Under the pieces are notes generated by a model that was given only the letters and a program-made list of their open reading frames with translations, did no database searches and had not been told where the DNA came from. Source: a candidate division WOR-3 bacterium (GTDB lineage: Bacteria > Hydrothermota > Tepidihabitantia > SM23-42 > CAYGYG01). Taken from it: 64,000 nucleotides of DNA. Shown piece after piece: positions 10,765-19,898 of this stretch (position 1 is the first letter of the stretch; every line of letters starts with the position of its first letter). Made by a program: the position numbers and the translations under genes. The stretch spans positions 39,323 through 103,322 of the forward strand of contig CBFGIV010000003.1 of NCBI GenBank assembly GCA_965648915.1. Direction: 5' to 3'.

Positions 10765-11694
10765 ATGTTTCTTTCTGTATTATCAACAGTCATAATCTGG
10801 TTGATCGCCGATCCGATCAAACTTACCTATATAAACGAAGTCCGGGTTGCACCTGATTCGCTCGAAGGTATTGAGATTGCGGTCTATCCGGTGCGGAATA
10901 TTGTCGATGTCCGTGGCTGGCAGATAAGAACCCGGGCTGGCCTGGCGACAATCAGTTCGAGTGTCCTGCCCGATAGTTTTGTCCTTATTAACCGCACCAA
11001 TCTCATCGGACCATTCGGGCTGAATGATACTACCGATTCGATTACCCTTTATCAGAATAGCCTGATCAGAGATGGTCTGGGCTACCGTAATAGTCGGCCG
11101 AGTCCTTTCGCAACAGCGGCACGATTCAATCAAAGGTTTTTTTACCCCGAGACCCTTCAGGTAGTTAGAACCTATATTGACTTGACGCCAACTTTTGGGC
11201 AGGCAAACGATGATTACGGTTCAATAACCGGGATGGTTCGAGACCAGAACGGGACGCCGGTTGAAGGAGCAACAGTCGAGGCTCATGGGCCTTTGGATGA
11301 TGCCTATACCTATAGTCGCTATAACCCTTATGCGGGTCTCTATTACCTTCACGGACTATCAAAATGTAAATATCTGATGACCGCCTCTAAACCCGGTTAT
11401 ACATCCCACACCTATCCAGACTCAGTCACTATCGGTGCGCAGGTCAATTTTGTCCTCAGGGCAATAAAGGTTGAAGATCAAACAATCTATCCCAAGCCAT
11501 CGCTTCCCAGAGAAAAGTCAATCTTTTCTCCCAGGATTGGACCGATCAGCAAATCTGAGTTTCAACTCTATACCATTACTGGTCACAAAATTTCTCGATT
11601 GTCTGATCTGCGCTGTCTTGCGTCCGGTATCTATTTCGTCGTAACAACTGAGCAAGGGGTAGTAAAGAGTCACAAAGTAGTCCTTATCCGATGA
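10765..11694 (+). CDS. Secreted protein with a lamin-tail-like N-region, carboxypeptidase-regulatory-like domain and T9SS-type C-terminal domain
   Basis: GAGGAG SD before ATG 10765; INEV, TPTFGQAN and GSITGMVRDQNGTPVEGATV; C-terminal LASGIYFV...KVVLIR. Confidence 0.7.
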   Translation: MFLSVLSTVIIWLIADPIKLTYINEVRVAPDSLEGIEIAVYPVRNIVDVRGWQIRTRAGLATISSSVLPDSFVLINRTNLIGPFGLNDTTDSITLYQNSLIRDGLGYRNSRPSPFATAARFNQRFFYPETLQVVRTYIDLTPTFGQANDDYGSITGMVRDQNGTPVEGATVEAHGPLDDAYTYSRYNPYAGLYYLHGLSKCKYLMTASKPGYTSHTYPDSVTIGAQVNFVLRAIKVEDQTIYPKPSLPREKSIFSPRIGPISKSEFQLYTITGHKISRLSDLRCLASGIYFVVTTEQGVVKSHKVVLIR

Positions 11695-12230
11695 GGGTGA
11701 TTTTAGTTGGACTCACCCTTATCACCGGGCTTGGTGCGGATATAAAATTCTATAGAGAGCGGGTCGATATTATAATCGATAATGCCTCCGGGGTTGTTGA
11801 GGGGAATTTTTTCTTAACCAACACCAGCCCGGTCAGGCTTACACCCTTGATCTTCTTCCCCTTTCCAATCGACCAGGATCATCCTTATCCGGAGACGATT
11901 GCGGTCGAAGAATATAATTATCAGATCTGTGATTCGGGAATAGCAATCATAATCCCCTTTGAACCAAACGAGAAAAAAAGGTTGAAACTCCGTTATCGTC
12001 AGAAAATTTTCGATCAGGTTTTTACTTATATTGTCCGAACCATTCATGAATGGAAGCGACCTGTTGCCGAGGCCGAATTCGTTATCGTTCTGCCCGCTTC
12101 TTTTAAGAATCCCGAAATAAATTATAAAGTCAATCTGGTTAGAAAAGATAGCCTCAGGCTGATTTACAAAATTAAAAGAAAGAATTTTTATCCAAGGGAT
12201 GATTTGCAGATTAAATGGCAGGTTGAATGA
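11691..12230 (+). CDS. Exported hypothetical protein (DUF4424-like)
   Basis: ATGA overlap with the upstream gene, signal-like N-terminus, and YIVRT...W pattern. Confidence 0.6.
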   Translation: MRVILVGLTLITGLGADIKFYRERVDIIIDNASGVVEGNFFLTNTSPVRLTPLIFFPFPIDQDHPYPETIAVEEYNYQICDSGIAIIIPFEPNEKKRLKLRYRQKIFDQVFTYIVRTIHEWKRPVAEAEFVIVLPASFKNPEINYKVNLVRKDSLRLIYKIKRKNFYPRDDLQIKWQVE

Positions 12231-12255
12231 GATGGGCCGGTTCTTAGGTGTAGTA

Positions 12256-12283
12256 TTGACAATAAACGGCAGATGAGTAAAAT
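12256..12283 (+). promoter_or_regulatory. Promoter TTGACA-N16-TAAAAT, 5 nt before ATG 12289
   Basis: Read directly; no room for an SD. Confidence 0.7.
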
Positions 12284-12288
12284 AGGCC

Positions 12289-12678
12289 ATGGGCAAAGAG
12301 AAAACTCTGGTCAGTGCCTGCCTTCTTGGAATAATGTGTCGATACGATGGAAGAAAGTTAAGAAAACCAAGATTATTCGATCCCGATTTCATTCCGGTTT
12401 GTCCGGAACAGCTTGGTGGATTGCCAACTCCGCGTTTTCGATCGATGATCCAGGGCGGAACCGGAGAGGACGTTTTAAAGGGTAAAGCCCGGGTCCTGGA
12501 TGAAGAAAGACAAGATGTTACTGAATATTTTTTACGGGGGGCAGCAGAGGTCAGGCGAATTGTAAAGATGTACAGGATCAAAAAGGCCTATCTTAAAAAA
12601 TGGAGCCCTTCGTGCGGAGAAGAAGGAGTTTTGACGGCTTTGCTCAAAAAGATGAAAATAAAGTTAGTATTTGTTTAG
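12289..12678 (+). CDS. DUF523 / TudS 2-thiouracil desulfurase family protein
   Basis: VSACLLG..CRYDG, PVCPE..GGLPTPR and SPSCG. Confidence 0.88.
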   Translation: MGKEKTLVSACLLGIMCRYDGRKLRKPRLFDPDFIPVCPEQLGGLPTPRFRSMIQGGTGEDVLKGKARVLDEERQDVTEYFLRGAAEVRRIVKMYRIKKAYLKKWSPSCGEEGVLTALLKKMKIKLVFV

Positions 12679-12745
12679 GTATTATAATTGTCAGTTATGT
12701 TATCAGTATTTGAACATAGCAATTTATACCTTTGATTCTCTTTCT

Positions 12746-13909
12746 ATGAAGAAGGAAGTTTTAGTCAGAAAAATCCATCCCGGACATCCCTGGATATTCT
12801 CTAATGAGATATTTCGAGTTTTTGGTGAACCCGCACCTGGAGATGTTGTCAAGGTCACCCGTAAAGCAGGGCGAAAAAGAGAATTGATCGGGTTCGGTTT
12901 CTATAATCCTCACTCCCTGATTGCGGTGCGCCTCTTTTCAAAGGAAGAAGATTTTACAAAGGTCTTTCTTAAAAAAAAGATCGAAAGGGCACTGAGACTT
13001 CGTCAGAGAATCTTAGAAGATAATAGTTTTCGCCTGATCCACGGCGAGAGTGATGGATTGCCCGGTCTGATTATCGATAAATATGAAAATGGCTTTGTCC
13101 TGGAGATAAATTGCCTGGGTATGGAGATAAGAAAGAATTTGATTATCGATACCCTTGCTGAGCTGTTTAACATCAATTTCATCTATGAAAAGAGTGATAG
13201 CCATTACCGAAAATTTGAAGGACTCGAACCAGTTGTAAGAATTGTCCGGGGTGAGTTGCAGGAACGGGTTGTTATCATCCAGAATGGTATTCATTTTTCA
13301 GTTGATATCATTCAGGGCCAGAAGACCGGTTTTTATTTCGATCAACGAACCAACCGTCAAAAGGTTAAAGAACTTGCCGCCGGCAAAAGGGTACTTGACC
13401 TCTTCTGTTATACGGGCGGATTTGCCCTCTATGCTGGCCAGGGTAAAGCAAAGTCGGTTCTCGGCGTCGATTCATCGGAGCGGGCAATTGAACTGGCCCA
13501 GGAAAACAGTCGCCTGAATAACCTTGAGAGGCAATGTTCCTTTGTGGTTGGTGATGTATTTGAGTTTTTAAGGGAAAAGGCACAGAGCGAAGAAAAGTTT
13601 GATCTGATCATCCTTGACCCACCAGCATTTGCCAAAACCAAGAGAGAGGTCAAAGATGCCCGCCGGGGTTATAAGGATATAAATCTCTTTGCAATGAAGG
13701 TCCTTGCCCCGGATGGCCTGCTGGTTACATCCACCTGTTCCCATTATGTCAATGCCGACGATTTTATCGATATCCTCAACCAGGCCCGAATCGATGCTGG
13801 AAGAGAATTTAGAATCATCGGGAGAGGATTTCAATCGGGTGATCATCCAGTAGTTATCGGTATGCCCGAGAGTGAATACTTGAAATGCTTCTATCTGCAA
13901 TCTTTTTAA
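12746..13909 (+). CDS. rlmI: RlmI-like SAM-dependent rRNA methyltransferase (start ATG 12746)
   Basis: GHPWIFSNE, ESDGLPGL, GQKTGFYFDQR, VLDLFCYTGGF, ILDPPAF and DHP. Confidence 0.88.
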   Translation: MKKEVLVRKIHPGHPWIFSNEIFRVFGEPAPGDVVKVTRKAGRKRELIGFGFYNPHSLIAVRLFSKEEDFTKVFLKKKIERALRLRQRILEDNSFRLIHGESDGLPGLIIDKYENGFVLEINCLGMEIRKNLIIDTLAELFNINFIYEKSDSHYRKFEGLEPVVRIVRGELQERVVIIQNGIHFSVDIIQGQKTGFYFDQRTNRQKVKELAAGKRVLDLFCYTGGFALYAGQGKAKSVLGVDSSERAIELAQENSRLNNLERQCSFVVGDVFEFLREKAQSEEKFDLIILDPPAFAKTKREVKDARRGYKDINLFAMKVLAPDGLLVTSTCSHYVNADDFIDILNQARIDAGREFRIIGRGFQSGDHPVVIGMPESEYLKCFYLQSF

Positions 13910-14508
13910 CTTTTCTTAATTATCAACTTCCCTCAACCGAATCGATCATTTATCGGACTGAGGAGAAAGGTAAGGTCGGTTATCTCACCGCCGAGATGAG
14001 GATGGACGACAGTACCATTAGAGTTTACTATACTTCGGATCGACAGGTTGAGACGGTGATTGACCGACAGGATCTTAAAACCCTCTGGGTCAGAAAGATT
14101 ATAAATGGCCGGAAGGACTTTGAATACCGGCGGACCGGCGATACAATCTCGGTCTATTATCAAGGGAATGAAAATACCTATCGTCGGCCGGATTTGATCT
14201 TTGACCGGCATACCCTCGATTATGTCCTGAGGGCGCAGGATTATAATTACAATTTTCAACGCGAAATATTTATTCATCTCCCTGAATTAGGGATAAAAAA
14301 AGCAATATTGAAGGTAGTCGGTGATACAGTTACAACAACTGCGCTGGGTGAATTCGATTGCTGGCGAATCGCATTGATTGCCCGGGTTTTGTTCATCAAA
14401 CTTAAACTCTATTTCTTAATTGAAAAGCAGTATCCCCATCGCTATATCAAGTATGACGATGGAAAAAGGAAGATGGAAATTTTTAAGTATCGGGCCGGGG
14501 CACAATGA
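13885..14508 (+). CDS. Exported hypothetical protein (DUF3108-like)
   Basis: Hydrophobic N-terminus and TTALGEFDCW pattern; overlaps the upstream stop. Confidence 0.6.
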   Translation: MLLSAIFLTFLNYQLPSTESIIYRTEEKGKVGYLTAEMRMDDSTIRVYYTSDRQVETVIDRQDLKTLWVRKIINGRKDFEYRRTGDTISVYYQGNENTYRRPDLIFDRHTLDYVLRAQDYNYNFQREIFIHLPELGIKKAILKVVGDTVTTTALGEFDCWRIALIARVLFIKLKLYFLIEKQYPHRYIKYDDGKRKMEIFKYRAGAQ

Positions 14509-14734
14509 TTGCCATTGTAGTAAGATAAGAGGGGATACTCTATATATTGTGTGATTCGACCCCACTTTATTTAAAAATTAAACAAAATGCTTTTTTAAGC
14601 CCTCGGGCCAATTGAACATAGTAGCCAAACGATTTAAAATTTCATTATGAATATGGTATAAATCATCTCCAGGAGCGGGTTTAATCTACATCAAGGCAAA
14701 ATCAACAGAGGAGCGGAAAAAATTAAAATAACTC

Positions 14735-14762
14735 TTGACAAACTCTCTATTATAGATAAAAT
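14735..14762 (+). promoter_or_regulatory. Promoter TTGACA-N16-TAAAAT for hup
   Basis: Read directly; followed by a GC-rich leader of about 70 nt and an AAGGAGGTG SD. Confidence 0.7.
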
Positions 14763-14840
14763 AACGCAATGTGACCGCAGGGAATCCGGGCGCCAGGATC
14801 TCTGCCGGTGCAGATCGGTTTGGGAAAGGAGGTGAAAAAA

Positions 14841-15113
14841 ATGACCAAGGCGGAGATTGTAGCCGCTATCGCCAAGAAAGCAAAGATTAAGAAGACACAG
14901 GCGAATATCGCACTCGATACATTTGTCGATTCGGTCACGGCCGCACTGAAGAAGGGTGACAAAGTTTCACTGGTCGGTTTTGGAACCTTCCTGGTTGCAA
15001 AGCGCAAGGCGCGTAAGGGATTCAATCCTCAGACCAAGGAAGAGATCAAGATACCACCCAAGAAAGTACCTAAATTCAAACCAGGACAAGATCTGAAAAA
15101 GGCAGTCAAATAG
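14841..15113 (+). CDS. hup: DNA-binding protein HU
   Basis: MTKAEIV...GFGTF...RKARKGFNPQT...PKFKPG; strong SD. Confidence 0.95.
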   Translation: MTKAEIVAAIAKKAKIKKTQANIALDTFVDSVTAALKKGDKVSLVGFGTFLVAKRKARKGFNPQTKEEIKIPPKKVPKFKPGQDLKKAVK

Positions 15114-15121
15114 AGTTGCCC

Positions 15122-15155
15122 AGGGGATGCTGATCAGCATCCCCTTTATATTTTT
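15122..15155 (+). terminator. Probable intrinsic terminator after hup
   Basis: Perfect 24-bp palindrome AGGGGATGCTGATCAGCATCCCCT followed by a T-rich tract. Confidence 0.75.
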
Positions 15156-15166
15156 ATACTTAGAAT

Positions 15167-15733
15167 ATGAGACCCGTTATCATTCTTGCCTCTACTTCTC
15201 CCCGACGCAGGATAATTCTTAAAAAACTTAAAATACCGTTTGAGGTAGTAAATCCGGCGATATCAGAAAGACTGAACATAACCAATCCAGTAAAGTATGT
15301 AAAGACCGCAGCCGAGTTAAAGGCGAAGGTAGTTAGCCTTAAGCGGAGAGGTTTAATTGTCGGTGTCGATACTGTGGTTGTAATCGATAATAAAATTTTA
15401 GGGAAACCAGAGAACCGCAAGGAAGCACGAGCAATGATCCAACGATTGAGTGGTCGCAAACATAAGGTCTTATCAGCGGTGTTCCTGATTGATAGTAAGA
15501 CGGGTCGTCAGTGGCAGGCGATTGAAAAGACAGCGGTAAAATTTCGCCGGCTCGGTCCGGCGGAGATTGAATCTTATATCCGTTCATCTGAACCTTATGA
15601 TAAGGCCGGAGGTTATGCAATTCAGGGTCAGGCGGGGCTATTCGTCGAGTGGATAGATGGTTGCTACTGGAATGTCGTTGGATTCCCAATCTCGTCTTTT
15701 TTAAGTTTGTTAAAAAAGAGCGGCTATTTTTAG
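15167..15733 (+). CDS. maf: Maf family nucleotide pyrophosphatase (YhdE-like)
   Basis: ILASTSPRR, DTVV, ILGKP, DKAGGYAIQG and NVVGFP. Confidence 0.93.
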   Translation: MRPVIILASTSPRRRIILKKLKIPFEVVNPAISERLNITNPVKYVKTAAELKAKVVSLKRRGLIVGVDTVVVIDNKILGKPENRKEARAMIQRLSGRKHKVLSAVFLIDSKTGRQWQAIEKTAVKFRRLGPAEIESYIRSSEPYDKAGGYAIQGQAGLFVEWIDGCYWNVVGFPISSFLSLLKKSGYF

Positions 15734-15735
15734 AT

Positions 15736-17838
15736 CTAAAAATTTGCTGAAATTCCGAGGAGGGGAATAAAAGGGAGTGAATAGTAGGTTTTAGTTCTAC
15801 CGGTAGTTGGATCAAACTCGTAATTTTCGATATTCTTCCTGTTCAACAGATTGATGGCTTCACCATAGAAGGTTATGATACCCAGTCTCTTTTCAAGCCG
15901 AAGGTCAAGTCGACTGTAGTATTCGGTGCGGGCACTATTTTTTTCTCCGTAGACGGGTAGGTAGCACTGTCTTAAGGAATCATAGAATGTCTGAACCAAC
16001 GGTGTATATGGTTTACCCGAGGCAAACCTTAAATTGGTCGATACGGTAAATCCTTTGATTTCGGGCAGGGCTAGGCTCAGATTTATCGTGTGGGGCTGTT
16101 CCCAGTCAGCACGGTAGAGTTTTCGATCAAAACCGGTTTTACGATAACTGGTAAGGAAAGAGTATGAGAACCACCCGGATAAATATCTCTTATCTTCGCG
16201 CTGAAGAAAGATCTCAATCCCCCGGGCATAGCCATAGCCATCATTGGCCGTATGCTGGAAGGTCGAATCCGATGTGATGAGCCGATCGTAGTCTTTATAA
16301 TATACTTCAATCTTAATCCGGTTATTGGCTAAAAAATTCCATTCGGTTCCGAGAATATAATGGGTTGCCTTCTGTGATCGGGGGAAATTTGTTGTATCAA
16401 GCAGTTGTTCAAGTCGTCGGGGGAACTGATAAAATATACCATAGGCGGCGAAGACCGTGAGATCGCGATCCGGCAAAAGGCTGAGCATAATGCGGGGTGA
16501 AGTGACATACTCCTGACATTTTTTAAAATAATCTCCCCGTATGCCGTAACGAATGTTTATCAGGTAGTTAGGACGCTGTTCGGCTTCAATAAATAATCCT
16601 GGCACCGTAGTAATAATGTTGCTCTTTAAGAAAAGGTCGGGTTCGAGCGTATCAGGGATACCGCGCATACCAAAACCCGGCATCTTACCCTTTAAATTAA
16701 AGAGAATCCGGCTGTAGGAATAGCCACATTTAAGAGTAAATGTGATAGATGGCTGATAGATGATATCCTGCCGATAGACATAAAGCTTCAAATCATTATC
16801 CGCATGCCAGCGTAATAGTCTTATTCGGGCAGGGAAATAGTCAAAGTAGATGAGCGAGCGGAGGAGAAGATTGGTTCGGGCATTAAAATCATAGGCAACC
16901 GATGCATGACTGACCGACTGCCACCAGGTAAGTGTAGCTCCCTCTTCGTCAAGGGTGACTTTTGAATTGTCCTCGCTCAATAAGAAGGTAGATGAGATTT
17001 TATGATTTTTGTTGATCGGCAATACAAAATTGCCGTTAAGGTCATAATAATTAGGCAGGATATAACTCTCGGTTGCTCCCGATTTTTCAAGTAAAATATC
17101 GAACCAGCTGCGCCGTAGACATAAGGCGATATTGGGTGCGGTTATAAAAAATTTCGCATTGGCGAGATCGAGGGCAATCTTTCCTCTCCATCTTTCACCC
17201 CGGATCAGACGGGTCGAGACAATCCCGGACATCGCCCAGTTGTATTCGGCTGAGAAACCGCCAGTAAAAATATCGACCTGATCTATCATATCCGCATCAA
17301 ACATTCCACCCAGACCAAAGAAATGGAAGGGGTTGAAGATGACACCCCGATCAAGGAGGTAGAGGACCTCATCGATATCACCACCCCTTATTACAAAAAT
17401 TCCTGAGAAGTCTGAGACCGGCGAAATACCCGGCAACTTCTGAATCGCCCGGAATAAATCACCGCCCCCACCAGCCGTTCTCTTTATTTCCGATCCAGAA
17501 ATGGTCTTTGAATCTTCGATCTTCTCTTTCTTTGCGGTTACTTCAGTGACGGTTAGTTCAATCGGCTCAGGGGCGAGTTCGAAATTTAAATAGATTGAGT
17601 CTTTAAGAACGATAATCTTGATCTGGGGCTGGTAACCGATAAGGCTAACTTTCAACTGATATCGGCCGGTCGGAAGATCCGGCATATAAAACAGCCCCTG
17701 CCGATCTGTTGATGTTCCTCTACCTGTGCCGGGGATTGTAATATTAACATTGGGTAAAGGTTGGTGTGTCTCGCTGTCGACAATGTGACCGCTAACAGTT
17801 GCAGCCAAGATAAAAAAGAATACCAACATAAAAAGCAC
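15736..17838 (-). CDS. TonB-dependent receptor with an N-terminal carboxypeptidase-D-regulatory-like domain
   Basis: VSGHIVDSET, LPGI...IRGG plug, GGFSAEY, GIE, NLLNR and a C-terminal Phe. Confidence 0.88.
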   Translation of the reverse strand: MLFMLVFFFILAATVSGHIVDSETHQPLPNVNITIPGTGRGTSTDRQGLFYMPDLPTGRYQLKVSLIGYQPQIKIIVLKDSIYLNFELAPEPIELTVTEVTAKKEKIEDSKTISGSEIKRTAGGGGDLFRAIQKLPGISPVSDFSGIFVIRGGDIDEVLYLLDRGVIFNPFHFFGLGGMFDADMIDQVDIFTGGFSAEYNWAMSGIVSTRLIRGERWRGKIALDLANAKFFITAPNIALCLRRSWFDILLEKSGATESYILPNYYDLNGNFVLPINKNHKISSTFLLSEDNSKVTLDEEGATLTWWQSVSHASVAYDFNARTNLLLRSLIYFDYFPARIRLLRWHADNDLKLYVYRQDIIYQPSITFTLKCGYSYSRILFNLKGKMPGFGMRGIPDTLEPDLFLKSNIITTVPGLFIEAEQRPNYLINIRYGIRGDYFKKCQEYVTSPRIMLSLLPDRDLTVFAAYGIFYQFPRRLEQLLDTTNFPRSQKATHYILGTEWNFLANNRIKIEVYYKDYDRLITSDSTFQHTANDGYGYARGIEIFLQREDKRYLSGWFSYSFLTSYRKTGFDRKLYRADWEQPHTINLSLALPEIKGFTVSTNLRFASGKPYTPLVQTFYDSLRQCYLPVYGEKNSARTEYYSRLDLRLEKRLGIITFYGEAINLLNRKNIENYEFDPTTGRTKTYYSLPFIPLLGISANF

Positions 17839-19130
17839 TAACCGAGAACAATTAATTTAAGGATATTTGTATATTTACAATTTTTAAAAATCAGGAAATA
17901 GGCACCGGGTGATAAGCTTGCTTTTACTAAATTTAGAGAATGCTCCCCTCTATTTCTCTTACCAGCAAATATTCTTTTTATCTTTTTACCCGTAAGGTCA
18001 TAGAGATCAATGATTATATAAGATTCTTCCTGGAGATAGAAATGGAGAGTGGTATTATTGTTAAAAGGGTTGGGCAGGGCCGAGAAGCCATTTTTTACTG
18101 GTGAGTTGACGGTTAAGAAATCGCTTATTCCGATAAGATTCACTCGTCCCCTTTCGATCGAATTTATCCCGGTTCCATTCCATCCACAGACGACATAAAG
18201 AGAACAGCCTTTTTGGGTACCCCCGTGGGAACGGCGTGCAGTTCTGATCGGCGTCTCATTTGACCAGTATGGGTAGCGGCAATCTTTTTTCTGAACCGCA
18301 TTCAGATAACTTGAACGATCCTGCCCGCCGATAATAAACATCATCAATCCGGTATCGGGTGTATTGATAATATGGCCCGACGCCCAGAAGGTGGGGAGAT
18401 TCATTGAGTCTGATTTTATTATCCAGGTATCACCAGGGCAGAAATAGGCATATACTGATCGGGTGCCGTTAGGATAATTGGTTGAACCACCACAGATAAA
18501 GATCGTATCCCCGATCGGTATAGCGCATACTGCCATCTTGGGTACCGGCATCGGTCTTTTGACTGACCAGGTGTTACTGATCGGGTCATAGCACCAGGTT
18601 TCGTCGGTAAAGAGGGTGTCATATTTTATACCCCCGAACATATAAATCTTACCATTCCAGGTGGCAAACTGATAATAATAATGGGGGACACCCTGATTGG
18701 GCATCTTGCCGATTATCGTCCAGGTATTACTGTTTAGATCGATTAAGGTCAGATCATCAGTAAAGTTTGATCCCTGACGTCCACCGCCAACATATATCTT
18801 TGAACCGAGGGCAACTGCTGAATGGTTATGGACACCACCTCCGCCCGGATAGGTCAAGCCTCTCTGCCAGGTATTGGTGAGGGGATCATAAACCTCGTCA
18901 AAAGGGTGTGAACCATGGGTTGGGCAGTTACCGCAGATCAAATGAATTTTATTATCCGACCCCAGAATCGCAACCGTCCTTGAGACGGCGCAGGTGGGAA
19001 TTGGGACCATATATTCCCAGGTAATGGAGAATGGTCCTGCAGGGGTTGATGCTTCGCAAATAATAGGCTTACTAAGAAAATCATCAGGGGGTGGTGCCAC
19101 TGTAAGGAGGAAAAATATTATAATCTTCAC
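17838..19130 (-). CDS. Kelch-repeat protein with T9SS-type C-terminal domain
   Basis: Repeated IYV/MFGG...YDP..NTW motifs; C-terminal PNPFN...LYDLTGK...GAYFL...KLIVLG. Confidence 0.85.
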   Translation of the reverse strand: MKIIIFFLLTVAPPPDDFLSKPIICEASTPAGPFSITWEYMVPIPTCAVSRTVAILGSDNKIHLICGNCPTHGSHPFDEVYDPLTNTWQRGLTYPGGGGVHNHSAVALGSKIYVGGGRQGSNFTDDLTLIDLNSNTWTIIGKMPNQGVPHYYYQFATWNGKIYMFGGIKYDTLFTDETWCYDPISNTWSVKRPMPVPKMAVCAIPIGDTIFICGGSTNYPNGTRSVYAYFCPGDTWIIKSDSMNLPTFWASGHIINTPDTGLMMFIIGGQDRSSYLNAVQKKDCRYPYWSNETPIRTARRSHGGTQKGCSLYVVCGWNGTGINSIERGRVNLIGISDFLTVNSPVKNGFSALPNPFNNNTTLHFYLQEESYIIIDLYDLTGKKIKRIFAGKRNRGEHSLNLVKASLSPGAYFLIFKNCKYTNILKLIVLG

Positions 19131-19221
19131 ATAATAAAATATACTATAAAAAGATAAATGTCAATACAAAATTTCTAATATTTATTCTTGAATTCGCGAG
19201 TAATTTAAGTATAATTATATT

Positions 19222-19857
19222 ATGATTAAGACTCTTCTGATAGGCCTGCTGGCATTTTATGTTGTTGAAGCCAAAGGGATTGAGGTTTCAGAATTTGTCT
19301 GGGATTTTGGTGCGATCCCGACCAATGCCTATGCCCATCATACTTTTATTCTTAAGAATATACGCTCGATACCGATAAAGATAAAGAAGATTCGACGATT
19401 TTGCGGTTGCCTCATATTTTCGCTCTCAGACACAATCCTCTATCCAGATGTTCTCACTTATTTAAATGTTGGCTATTTCAGCGGCACCAAATCAACAAAT
19501 GAGAAGAATAAAATATATATAACAACCGATGATCAAGAGGATATGGTATTAAAATTTACCGTCACCGCCGAAGTTGGTAAAGAGATCACTGGAATCCAGG
19601 TTGAACCGAAAAGATTAAAGGTCTTCGATCTCAAAAAGACATCATTGAAGTTTTATAATGCCTCTGACCATCCTGCACCATTAAAGGTTATCTATGCAAC
19701 AAAAGGTATTGAGGTCGATCCAGAAACAACAACAATCAATCCCAGGGAGAATATAAAGATTTCAATTACTTCAAAATATAAGGTCTTTGATGAGAAACCT
19801 TCTATTTTATTTGAAATAAAAGGTTCAAGAATCACAATCCCGATTGATTTGAAATAA
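19222..19857 (+). CDS. DUF1573 domain exported protein
   Basis: WDFG...F.LKN...CGC motif; promoter TTGAAT-N16-TATAAT 6 nt upstream. Confidence 0.75.
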   Translation: MIKTLLIGLLAFYVVEAKGIEVSEFVWDFGAIPTNAYAHHTFILKNIRSIPIKIKKIRRFCGCLIFSLSDTILYPDVLTYLNVGYFSGTKSTNEKNKIYITTDDQEDMVLKFTVTAEVGKEITGIQVEPKRLKVFDLKKTSLKFYNASDHPAPLKVIYATKGIEVDPETTTINPRENIKISITSKYKVFDEKPSILFEIKGSRITIPIDLK

Positions 19858-19881
19858 AAAAGGGGCCCTTTCGGGCCCCTT
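19856..19881 (-). terminator. Intrinsic terminator for the S8 protease gene (possibly bidirectional)
   Basis: AGGGGCCC-loop-GGGCCCCT stem with a GAAA loop and poly-T on the minus strand, between convergent genes. Confidence 0.8.
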
Positions 19882-19898
19882 CTGTTATAGATATCACC

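Noticed and set aside
11814-12581. 255-aa minus-strand ORF
   Set aside because: It is antisense to two well-supported genes and has no recognisable motifs.
14779-14790. AGGGAATCCGG, resembling part of a cobalamin riboswitch
   Set aside because: The rest of the B12 box is absent, the leader is too short, and the downstream gene is hup.
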